Source: a virus
DNA: 64,000 bases
Virus record (IMG/VR): IMGVR_UViG_3300028840_006907
Span: 96,001-160,000 of that record
Direction: 5' to 3' (one strand)
The notes beneath the pieces were generated by a model. That model was not told where the DNA came from and did no database searches. It saw only the letters and a program-made list of their open reading frames with translations. Position 1 is the stretch's first letter. Every line of letters begins with the position of its first letter. Of the stretch, positions 55,727-64,000 are shown piece after piece. The position numbers were made by a program, and so were the translations under genes.

Positions 55727-56029
55727 TTATAATATTTCTTTCACTTTGTTTTTTAATGTATCACATTTAGGATCAAATTCTGGCTCTTTTCCATCGTTCC
55801 ATGGTGACTTAATCCAGAAAAAGCATGAGTCAACACGACCCACTCTGATGTCTCCATTCATGTAATCCCTTTGTCCTTTAAAATAAGCCCTCTCAATGGC
55901 TTTAAAGTCGGTAGTGGCCTCTATACTAATGTATTGTATTTTATTGCTCTCAGGGGCAAATAACCGCCATGAGATAAGGAATAGTAAGTAAGCTCCTATT
56001 AAAATTATAAAACTATTAATTTTAAACAT
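55727..56029 (-). CDS. membrane-anchored hypothetical protein
   Basis: 100 aa; N-terminal hydrophobic helix. Confidence 0.4.
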   Translation of the reverse strand: MFKINSFIILIGAYLLFLISWRLFAPESNKIQYISIEATTDFKAIERAYFKGQRDYMNGDIRVGRVDSCFFWIKSPWNDGKEPEFDPKCDTLKNKVKEIL

Positions 56030-56897
56030 ATAAATTGTTCTCTTGTATAATACCAGCTATTAATGTGAGAAAAGGAGACTCCCTAAGATACTTTTCCCGA
56101 TCCTCCTTTAATTCTTTTCTGATATCTGTAGAGGATATCTTTGGTATTTTATTACCAGCATCAAAAAACTTATGTGGTTCTTTCATATACCAATTCACAT
56201 TTGGATCGCGCTTTTCTCCTTGTCTAGATACTACAATGAATGGTATCAATTTTTCAAGGTGTTCATAGTTAACCCATTTATCAAATGTATTGGCATTATC
56301 AAGTCCAATGACATAATTGAATCGGTATTCGTTTTTGGCAAAATCCTCTTCCATAAATTTATTAAGGAAATAATATGTCTCTCCAGCTAGTTCGTGAACA
56401 ATTTCATAATCGCATACTTTCATTCTCTTATCTACCTGTACATATTCTCGACACATGGCTAGCCGTAGTGATGCAGGAGCCATTTCTTTTCCATATAAAT
56501 GTCTGTAGCAGGGGATGTACCAAACTTCATCGAATAACCCTGCTTCATCGAGTAAGAATTTTCCTATAGCAAGATGGCCAGGATGGATGGGATCAAAAGC
56601 ACCCCCGATGAGCGCAACTGATACTTTCCTGCCAAGTTTACGGTATAAAGATCGGCTATTAATTTTGGTGATGTTCATTTCAACCAATTCATTAAAATCA
56701 TAACCGGCTTCATTAATCCATTGTATCAGTGTACCAAGTAGATCGCTCGTTTCATCTTTTAATCCCGTCATGGTCCTGGCTCTTGTCAATTCAAATGCTT
56801 CTTTAAGGATATCATTCAATCTGATATCAGTAGGAGTATTTCCAAAAGCTTCTGAATACGTTTTATTGATATTATTTAATAAATCTGATAAATTCAT
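56022..56897 (-). CDS. nadD: nicotinate-nucleotide adenylyltransferase (NadD/NMNAT-like) with N-terminal MazG-like extension
   Basis: 291 aa; GGAFDPIHPGHL (HxGH nucleotidyltransferase) and ISSTDIR; N-terminal ~90 aa EAFELTRARTMTGLKDETSDLLGTLIQWINEAG resembles MazG/HisE-type NTP-PPase. Confidence 0.75.
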   Translation of the reverse strand: MNLSDLLNNINKTYSEAFGNTPTDIRLNDILKEAFELTRARTMTGLKDETSDLLGTLIQWINEAGYDFNELVEMNITKINSRSLYRKLGRKVSVALIGGAFDPIHPGHLAIGKFLLDEAGLFDEVWYIPCYRHLYGKEMAPASLRLAMCREYVQVDKRMKVCDYEIVHELAGETYYFLNKFMEEDFAKNEYRFNYVIGLDNANTFDKWVNYEHLEKLIPFIVVSRQGEKRDPNVNWYMKEPHKFFDAGNKIPKISSTDIRKELKEDREKYLRESPFLTLIAGIIQENNLYV

Positions 56898-57078
56898 TTT
56901 TCAATTTCTTTTTAGGTAAATTTTTTATTATACAATCAATACAAATATCTTTACTTTTCCACTGCCCATTTTCTATAGTTCTTAATACCACCCTATAACT
57001 TTTATCTCTAATAAAGAGCCTGCTATCGTCAATATCCATTTGTTTTTTGCATATATCACATATTGTAATTTTAGCCAT
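56872..57078 (-). CDS. small zinc-ribbon protein
   Basis: 68 aa; CDICKK...CIDCI. Confidence 0.4.
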   Translation of the reverse strand: MAKITICDICKKQMDIDDSRLFIRDKSYRVVLRTIENGQWKSKDICIDCIIKNLPKKKLKNEFIRFIK

Positions 57079-57095
57079 TTTGTTTTAAATTACAT

Positions 57096-57887
57096 TTATA
57101 TATCTAAATGGCAAATACGAGGCATTTCCATTTTATGAGCATTCTTTTCATGTCGTTCTAGATATAATTCAAGAACTTTCATTTTTCTTTTTTCTATTGT
57201 TAACATAGATTTCATCGCTTCAAGTCCTTTGATAGTTTTTAAACCACCTAATTTTTTACAAAAATCCATAGCCCATTCCAATTCAGAATATGTAGCTCCA
57301 ATCTGATCTTCATCAGTTCTGCCATCTTCCCATAATCCATCAGTAGGTTTTGCTGTTAAAATATCTGAGTTCACTCCAAGATAGGCTCCCATACCATATA
57401 CCTCAGATTTGACTAGCTCTCCTATTGGACTTATATCAACACCACCATCACCGAATTTTGTAAAGAAACCAATTCCGAAATCTTCAACCATATTCCCAGT
57501 ACCAACAACATAATAATTATGGGTATTTGCGATAGCATAAAGAGCTACCATTCGAAGACGGGATCTGGTATTAACCATGGCAAATTCATTGTAATAATTA
57601 CTATGATTAAAATTATTAAAGACAACTGAAAGATCTTCCGTATGACTGGTAACATTGGTATAGTCTTTTTTTAATTTTTCAACATGTGCTTCTGCTCTGG
57701 GAAGAATATCTTGATTTATTGGCATATGGGCACATATAACAGGTTTATAAGTTCTGGCACATAAATTTGATACAACTGCTGAGTCAATTCCACCTGAAAC
57801 TCCAACTACACAGCCATCTACATGGGATTCCTTCATGTCTCTAATAATCCAATTTACAATATGATCTGAGACTTTTTTATAGTCCAA
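57096..57887 (-). CDS. nadE: NAD+ synthetase (NH3-dependent type)
   Basis: 263 aa; PP-loop GVSGGIDSAV. Confidence 0.8.
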   Translation of the reverse strand: MDYKKVSDHIVNWIIRDMKESHVDGCVVGVSGGIDSAVVSNLCARTYKPVICAHMPINQDILPRAEAHVEKLKKDYTNVTSHTEDLSVVFNNFNHSNYYNEFAMVNTRSRLRMVALYAIANTHNYYVVGTGNMVEDFGIGFFTKFGDGGVDISPIGELVKSEVYGMGAYLGVNSDILTAKPTDGLWEDGRTDEDQIGATYSELEWAMDFCKKLGGLKTIKGLEAMKSMLTIEKRKMKVLELYLERHEKNAHKMEMPRICHLDI

Positions 57888-57899
57888 ATTTATCCTCCT

Positions 57900-59624
57900 T
57901 TAATTCATGGCAATTGAGTATATTTTTTTATTGTCAACAAATAACACTTTCATATGTTCATGGTATAATCGCATAGATACATTAATCGGTGTATTCGTAA
58001 TATCCTTACTTCCTTTATTATTTTTAAATAGAGACATTTTATCATTATCGACAGAGATGCACATTCCAGTAGGTAATGTAATAAAATTAACTGGATGGTA
58101 ATCAATCATATCTTCCTGTTTAATATCATAGCTAGTATGGGTTTTATCAAAACAAATTGTATATTTAAAATAACTTCCCTGTTTTTCTGTGACCACTATA
58201 CAGATTCCTTTATCATACCGGGCATCAATGATTCTTTGGCCGTCCAATTCTTTTACATAAGTATTAATACATTTCCCTCTTTCGAAAGGAATAGCTAATC
58301 GTATCTTTGTGAAATCATCCTGTACAATAACACCTCGGAAAGACTTATATGATTTGCTTATTCTACATACAGTTTTAGTCGTATGAATAACTCTCTGGAA
58401 TTTTTCAAAATGATTCTCTATCAATCTTCCATTATTAATGGTGTAAATATACCCATTATACCCCATTATGTCTTCAGCTTTGATGTCGGATATTGATTTA
58501 TTATTTAAATCAAAGAACTCAGCTTTTAAATTCTTGAAATAAACTATTAAGGGATCCGCTCCATAAGCTTCACACATGCCTACTATGGTTGATTTTAAAG
58601 GTTTATGGAACTTAACCACTTTATCTTTATTCTGGTCATATATGGCTTTAGAAGTTATCACAAAGCGTTTATCATTAAAGAAGAAGATATTCCGAATCGG
58701 TTCATTTACTTCGAATACTTTTTCTACTATGAAATCACCTCTACTAGTTATAGTTCTGGCAACTGCTGCTACAACCACGACCTCGTCCGGTAATGGCGGG
58801 ATGGATCTCTCATTATTTTTAAATTCTGATACATACCATTCAAAATGTTTTTTAGGGATCACAGAATAATCTTGGCACATGGCCGGTAATGGCTTTGCTC
58901 CTTTATCAAAATTTGAGACTCCATCATCCATCCTTTTAATCCATTGTTTCGGTTTATAATCGATATGTCTACTTTTGTAAGGGTGAATACCCAGATACAT
59001 TTGATAAGTTACGACACCCCAGGAGAACCAGTCAGAGTACTCAGTAAATTGAGCATTCTTAACCTGTCGATCTCGAACACTATCCATAAGAGCATCTGCT
59101 GGGAAGCTTTTTGTTTTCCAGGCATCCACATCAATGTGATAAACGGTCTTTAAATCACCGCTAAGAAGGAAATTCATCTCATTATAATCAACTACTAGGA
59201 AGCCATTTTTATGGATGTATTGTAGGGCTTTCTGCATTTTAAGAACTAGGTCAGCTATATCTGTTGGACTTAAATGTTTATTGTCTCTGAAAGTCTTAGT
59301 AAATACTTGGCAGAGAAATTCAACTCCATCAACATATCTCATTGTAAACCCAATGGGTGTGTGGTTCCTCACTTCATATAAAGGTTCTATGGGTGACAGG
59401 ATATCATCTCGTTTTAATTCGGTCAATTCGTGTATTTTTGCTTCTGGTATCATATTTTTAGTATCATGATAAATTTTATATGCAATCCCATTTAGATAAA
59501 AAACTGTTCCAAAACCACCAGAAGCTTTATAATTATCATCAGTCAAAGTAACAATTTCTTTTGTTGTCTGAACTTTGAATGACTTCTTTATTATCGGGTT
59601 CATTTTTGTTTTCGGTAAAATCAT
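57900..59624 (-). CDS. protein-kinase-like (Ser/Thr kinase fold) protein with C-terminal extension
   Basis: 574 aa; Gly-rich loop SGGFGTVF, AYKIY Lys, catalytic-loop-like VVDYNEMNFLL, DVDAW. Confidence 0.6.
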   Translation of the reverse strand: MILPKTKMNPIIKKSFKVQTTKEIVTLTDDNYKASGGFGTVFYLNGIAYKIYHDTKNMIPEAKIHELTELKRDDILSPIEPLYEVRNHTPIGFTMRYVDGVEFLCQVFTKTFRDNKHLSPTDIADLVLKMQKALQYIHKNGFLVVDYNEMNFLLSGDLKTVYHIDVDAWKTKSFPADALMDSVRDRQVKNAQFTEYSDWFSWGVVTYQMYLGIHPYKSRHIDYKPKQWIKRMDDGVSNFDKGAKPLPAMCQDYSVIPKKHFEWYVSEFKNNERSIPPLPDEVVVVAAVARTITSRGDFIVEKVFEVNEPIRNIFFFNDKRFVITSKAIYDQNKDKVVKFHKPLKSTIVGMCEAYGADPLIVYFKNLKAEFFDLNNKSISDIKAEDIMGYNGYIYTINNGRLIENHFEKFQRVIHTTKTVCRISKSYKSFRGVIVQDDFTKIRLAIPFERGKCINTYVKELDGQRIIDARYDKGICIVVTEKQGSYFKYTICFDKTHTSYDIKQEDMIDYHPVNFITLPTGMCISVDNDKMSLFKNNKGSKDITNTPINVSMRLYHEHMKVLFVDNKKIYSIAMN

Positions 59625-60487
59625 TAATATTCCTCATTTAAATAAATAGTAGCAGTACCAACGTCATCATAATGATGCCAATTATGTTTTTTAACTTTCT
59701 TACCAAAAAAGATCATGCGCTTTTTTACAAATTCACCGGTAGTGTTTTTAAATCCAATAAATTCGGGTATTGTAATATCTAATCCTATATCTTTTTTATA
59801 ACTATCTCTGTAGGTTGATATACCATCTGTACATATTGTAACAGATAAGAGTTTATCCTTCATAATATTGGAAATTTCTTCGGAATAGATTGTATCAAAA
59901 GGTAATGAAGATTCAAGAGGATTTTCTAGCCCCTTTTCTCCTGACAAAGTAATAATTTCCCGAAAGCATTGAGGATTATCTTCACCTTTAATAGCACAAT
60001 TTTTTAAATAGACTGTTCTATCACTTATTAGATAAAATGGGGCATTTAAGGAATAATCTATTTTCATTATTAGCTGATAATTACCGCCATCTTCTTTTCT
60101 ATAATTAGCTGTAATGACACCATCACCCCATGCAAATACCAATACTCTTGAAGACAATCTTATAGTTATTAATAATGTGGCTTCCAAAGCCTTAGGAGTA
60201 ATGGGGTATATCTTTCTTATTTCATCAGCTCTTTTGTGAATGCCGTTTCCGAGATAAAATGAGAGTTCTTTCAGATTTAATCGTTCGAATAATCCAGTTT
60301 GGATACAAAATTCAATATTATATTTAGCAACATGACATAATATTTGAGCACCTACTTCAGAATGATCCGCAGAAGAACATCCATCTGCAACGATGCCATA
60401 CTCAATTCCTTTAAAAGAGCCACTTAATGCATAGTCTTGACAGACTAAATGAGTGCTTCCTTTTTCATAATATGAGTCACAGCTCAC
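59624..60487 (-). CDS. PP2C-family (PPM) protein phosphatase-like
   Basis: 287 aa; GIVADGCSS, FAWGDGV, ICTDGIS motifs. Confidence 0.6.
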   Translation of the reverse strand: MSCDSYYEKGSTHLVCQDYALSGSFKGIEYGIVADGCSSADHSEVGAQILCHVAKYNIEFCIQTGLFERLNLKELSFYLGNGIHKRADEIRKIYPITPKALEATLLITIRLSSRVLVFAWGDGVITANYRKEDGGNYQLIMKIDYSLNAPFYLISDRTVYLKNCAIKGEDNPQCFREIITLSGEKGLENPLESSLPFDTIYSEEISNIMKDKLLSVTICTDGISTYRDSYKKDIGLDITIPEFIGFKNTTGEFVKKRMIFFGKKVKKHNWHHYDDVGTATIYLNEEY

Positions 60488-60546
60488 AATTACCTCCTTT
60501 TAGTAAGCACAGAAGGCTCCATTACAGAGCCTTCCTGCAAAAATTC

Positions 60547-61314
60547 CTAGTTAAATTTGAAATCTTTAATTGGTTGTGAAGGTTGTCCGGTGCCGAGGGC
60601 ATCTGACTGTGAGCTAACACTCTGACTCATAAACTGGGCTAGTTTAGCTAATTTTGATTCAGAAACATCACCCATTGATATATATTCATCAAGTCCAGCT
60701 TCTTCTTTGAAATCCGTAAGTAATTTCTTTAAATCTTTTCTACCATCATTAACACCAATAAGAATGGTACGAACTGATTCCATCGCTTCATCTTCATCAT
60801 TCATACTGTCTAATGTTTCTTTTATCATTTGTGGAGTAACACCGAATTCGGGGCAATTATCTTCACCATCAGTAATTATGAAAACCATTCCATTAGCATT
60901 TACGATCCTTTCAGAATTATAGAGCTTATTTATATAATCTCTCATGACGTCCAAACCACAAAGAGTCGCTTGAAAAAGATTTGTAGCATTCGCTGGAAAG
61001 ATCACATCGTCGTAATTATCTAGTTCAATATCACTCAGAAGCATCCATCCATGAATTTCCTGGATACCTCCATTATTAAAAGCGATAACACGTAATAAAA
61101 GATTCAAAGCTCGTGGGGAGCCTTTACATGACCCTACACATGCTTTTATCATTTTTTCCAGACCTGTTTTAAACCCTTTCACTGAATAGGTTTTATCAAC
61201 GATTATAGTGACTGCTGTATATTCTGTAGCTCCAAGTCTATCAACTTTAACTTTTGTATAATCGAATTTATGGAGAGATACATCGGAATCACTTACATTC
61301 ATAAACTTAGGCAT
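60547..61314 (-). CDS. vWA-domain protein (TerY-like)
   Basis: 255 aa; VFIITDGEDN and degenerate MIDAS IIVDKTYS. Confidence 0.55.
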   Translation of the reverse strand: MPKFMNVSDSDVSLHKFDYTKVKVDRLGATEYTAVTIIVDKTYSVKGFKTGLEKMIKACVGSCKGSPRALNLLLRVIAFNNGGIQEIHGWMLLSDIELDNYDDVIFPANATNLFQATLCGLDVMRDYINKLYNSERIVNANGMVFIITDGEDNCPEFGVTPQMIKETLDSMNDEDEAMESVRTILIGVNDGRKDLKKLLTDFKEEAGLDEYISMGDVSESKLAKLAQFMSQSVSSQSDALGTGQPSQPIKDFKFN

Positions 61315-61326
61315 AAGTTATCCTTT

Positions 61327-62154
61327 CTAGAAAAAGTCCACTGTTGTAGCAACCTGCATACCATAATCATCTGCAGTATACTTGTTAATAAAGTCTTCAC
61401 CATTTTGCTCACATCCAGGTACACTTGAAGTAGCATCTTTGAGTAAAACGAATTTTTTAACTTGGTCGGCACCTAAATATTCAAAGATATCTCTGAATGT
61501 AAAGGAATAGCAGTGTGAAAGAGCTTCACCAGCTCCAAGAATTATATCATATTCCTTGATTACATTGATAAAATCTTCGTTTAATCTGGTTCCTTCATCC
61601 TCTGGGTCAATCACGTCAGCCACTAATGCTGAATAGTGCTCAGTGAAAGGATTACTCCCTTTGGTGGTACGGGGAGCAATACCGTAATAAGTGGCTTCCC
61701 ATTCAGAGACCGCATTGAGAAATTCAGGCTCTAACATTTGTCCATCACTTCCGATAATACAATGTTCAGGCCATATCATTAATTGATATCTGTTATTAGC
61801 CTTTAATTGTTTCAAGTAGTCAACATAACGCTCTTGAAAGCCTGGATTGAAAGCACGGTATTCTCCATCTAAGACCATTTCTAAAGTTAAGTACGTAGGT
61901 ACAGTATTCCCTTTGTGAAGGAAAATAGGTGTGGGGTGGTTTCCCTCTCTGTCAATCCAAGATCGGCTGTGAGCCACGTGGAGCTTATAATGTGAGTCCA
62001 TCGTGATTTGGATTTCATCAATATCACCCCCGAATTTTCGAATCATTTTTGAAAGTCTTGCCATGTCTTCAACGGCACCAGGAACAGTGAGAGTTCCCCT
62101 TGTAAAGTCTTTTTGAGGGTCAATTACCACAAGGCACACTTTAGGTTTTTCCAT
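61327..62154 (-). CDS. pncA: nicotinamidase (isochorismatase-family)
   Basis: 275 aa; VVIDPQKDF, WPEHCIIGSDGQ, RTTKG, catalytic-Cys context GAGEALSHCY. Confidence 0.8.
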   Translation of the reverse strand: MEKPKVCLVVIDPQKDFTRGTLTVPGAVEDMARLSKMIRKFGGDIDEIQITMDSHYKLHVAHSRSWIDREGNHPTPIFLHKGNTVPTYLTLEMVLDGEYRAFNPGFQERYVDYLKQLKANNRYQLMIWPEHCIIGSDGQMLEPEFLNAVSEWEATYYGIAPRTTKGSNPFTEHYSALVADVIDPEDEGTRLNEDFINVIKEYDIILGAGEALSHCYSFTFRDIFEYLGADQVKKFVLLKDATSSVPGCEQNGEDFINKYTADDYGMQVATTVDFF

Positions 62155-62201
62155 ATCTTATCCTCCTTTAAGATTTAGTATATGTTATCTGTTATTTATA
62201 A

Positions 62202-62444
62202 TTAAAGCAACCCTTTTATATCAGCCCTTTCAATATCAGTTCTGTTAAAAAAGTTCTTATTTCCTTTTTTTCTAGGTTCTGGTAATACCCCGCATTTTAT
62301 ACGACGGTATATAGTTTGTTTGGATATATTATATTCAGTACAAATATCTCTCAAACTAATTTCATCTCTATGATGTTTGTAAAGTATTTTAGCTACTTCT
62401 TCTGCTATAGCTTTTGCTAATTTTTTAATATCTGCATCATCCAT
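62202..62444 (-). CDS. small HTH DNA-binding protein (AlpA/MerR-like)
   Basis: 80 aa; ISKQTIYRRIKCGVLPEP. Confidence 0.5.
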   Translation of the reverse strand: MDDADIKKLAKAIAEEVAKILYKHHRDEISLRDICTEYNISKQTIYRRIKCGVLPEPRKKGNKNFFNRTDIERADIKGLL

Positions 62445-62451
62445 AATATAT

Positions 62452-63624
62452 TTATATCATTAAATCTTTTTTACAATGTACAATCATATCTTTATTACCA
62501 GTGTTCTTTCCTTCGTCATCTGATAACTTGACTGTGTCAATCCATCTGCCATTTATCATACAGGCTATCATTTTAATAACAATATTCAATGGTATGACAT
62601 CTACGTCATTTGTAAACCAGGTTCCAATTCCATATGCATCTCTGATCAAATTGATGCAAGCTTTATGGATAGATTTCACTTTATCTATACTGTTAATAGC
62701 ATCAGAGAATACCAATGTTTTAAGCATCGGATCAATTCTTAATTTTTGGTATTTACTTACTGATTTAGTAATGAAATCAAAAGGTGAACCACTATCTTGC
62801 CGGAGACCATCAAAAAGTTTCGCAAAAAATGTATTGAATGTTTTTAGGAATACATCAGTAGTAAATGTATCTGGAAGAGCAATTCCAAGATCTCCTTGAA
62901 ATATATCAGACCATATTTTCAGAGCCATCTCATTAGCCATACGAAATCCATACATAGCTGCATGGAATTGATACCATTCATGAGCTTTTGTTCCTATGGG
63001 AGTTAAATTGTATTTCTTTGCTAGATAAACATTACTAGGTCCAGAGAAACAACTACCTAGATATTGCTTTGCATCACGAACTACTTCATCATGATTCTTT
63101 AGAGAGTATCTTCTACGAGTACCAAATTCAGCGATGGGTACTCCGATTTCTTTAAGAGCCATAAATTTCAGACGATTTCTTTCTTTACGTTCCTTACGAA
63201 TCATCTTTGTCTTACCAGTTTTCTCAAAATAAAGTTGACTGATAGTAGCCATCAAAGGTACTTCCCAAAGAATCTTTCGGTACCAGGGTCCTATATACTT
63301 ACAATGAAAATTAGATCCTTCTTGTGTTAATATTATCTCATCTGGGTTATACCGGTACCCACTAAGAAGATCGATATAGGCAGGATTTAAATAATAACAT
63401 TTTTCTTTAAGAAAGTCTATATCATCTTTGCTTAATGTAAAACCACGAAATGTGTCTATAATTCTCCTTAATTCATCGGCAAAGCCATCTGGAAACTCTC
63501 TACCATCACGGTTTATAAATTGGTACATAGCGAGAGCATTGGGGTATTTCTGACATGCCCCACACTGCATAGTGAATTTATACACATCATTATCGAGTAT
63601 ACCAGCTACGTACTCATTCTCCAT
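62452..63624 (-). CDS. pncB: nicotinate phosphoribosyltransferase
   Basis: 390 aa; N-terminal LDNDVYKFTM signature of NAPRTase family. Confidence 0.8.
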   Translation of the reverse strand: MENEYVAGILDNDVYKFTMQCGACQKYPNALAMYQFINRDGREFPDGFADELRRIIDTFRGFTLSKDDIDFLKEKCYYLNPAYIDLLSGYRYNPDEIILTQEGSNFHCKYIGPWYRKILWEVPLMATISQLYFEKTGKTKMIRKERKERNRLKFMALKEIGVPIAEFGTRRRYSLKNHDEVVRDAKQYLGSCFSGPSNVYLAKKYNLTPIGTKAHEWYQFHAAMYGFRMANEMALKIWSDIFQGDLGIALPDTFTTDVFLKTFNTFFAKLFDGLRQDSGSPFDFITKSVSKYQKLRIDPMLKTLVFSDAINSIDKVKSIHKACINLIRDAYGIGTWFTNDVDVIPLNIVIKMIACMINGRWIDTVKLSDDEGKNTGNKDMIVHCKKDLMI

Positions 63625-63712
63625 ATATACCCTCCTTTTATTTTATCTATTTCCGTTCTTTTATTTCTAAAATCCTTTTTTTATATTCTTATAATGGAAA
63701 GGAACTATCATA

Positions 63713-63943
63713 TTGGAAACTGAAAAACATATAAAAACGATTATAGCTGAGATTTTATGCCTTAAAGAAGATGAAATAATACCGCAAGCATCTATCGTAG
63801 ATGATCTTGGTGCAGATTCACTAGATGAAATAGAAATTTTAATGGCTTTAGAGGATGAACTTGATATAGATATTCCTGAAAATGAAGCTCAGAGAATGAA
63901 AACAGTTAAGGATATCTTAAAATATATTGAAGAAATCACCTAA
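63713..63943 (+). CDS. acyl carrier protein-like
   Basis: 76 aa; DLGADSLDEIEIL phosphopantetheine-attachment motif. Confidence 0.65.
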   Translation: METEKHIKTIIAEILCLKEDEIIPQASIVDDLGADSLDEIEILMALEDELDIDIPENEAQRMKTVKDILKYIEEIT

Positions 63944-64000
63944 CTAAATACATAACTCCTAAATAGAATAAAAGACCAAAAATAGCAAATAAACTTAAGA

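Noticed and set aside
1-64000. CRISPR arrays, integrases, transposases, IS elements
   Set aside because: No regularly spaced direct repeats and no recognisable recombinase or transposase motifs found by eye; the mobile elements present appear to be free-standing homing endonucleases and one group I intron.
1-64000. Global stop-codon recoding within this window
   Set aside because: Despite the CUA suppressor tRNA, conserved enzymes here (RmlA, RmlB, NadE, PncA, PncB) are full-length under the standard code and several genes end in TAG; recoding, if any, must act outside this region.

Overview
AT-rich 64 kb window that reads as part of a large (jumbo/huge-type) bacteriophage genome, judged from sequence alone: no search or tRNA-folding tool was run, and tRNA calls, anticodons and coordinates were folded by hand (expect a few nt of error). 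It carries about 38 tRNA genes in clusters covering nearly all amino acids, including a candidate amber-suppressor tRNA(CUA), a tRNA-Asn split by a ~197-nt group I intron, two atypical tRNA-like elements, and a tmRNA (ssrA-like) on the minus strand. Protein genes include several HNH/homing-endonuclease-like ORFs among the tRNAs, an amidase_2 endolysin-like gene, a Lar-like restriction-alleviation protein, RmlA/RmlB, two NUDIX hydrolases, a nucleoside hydrolase, HAD and calcineurin-like phosphoesterases, a Pnk-like kinase, an AAA+ ATPase and many small Cys-rich zinc-ribbon proteins. The most interesting region is a minus-strand gene block (56022-63624) encoding a complete nicotinamide-to-NAD+ route (PncA, PncB, NadD with an N-terminal MazG-like extension, NadE) interleaved with a vWA + PP2C phosphatase + Ser/Thr-kinase-like triad (TerY-P-like); I interpret it as a candidate NAD+-reconstitution counter-defence module of a type distinct from the described NARP1/NARP2 pathways. 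All genes in the window appear intact under the standard genetic code. No CRISPR array, integrase or transposase was seen.
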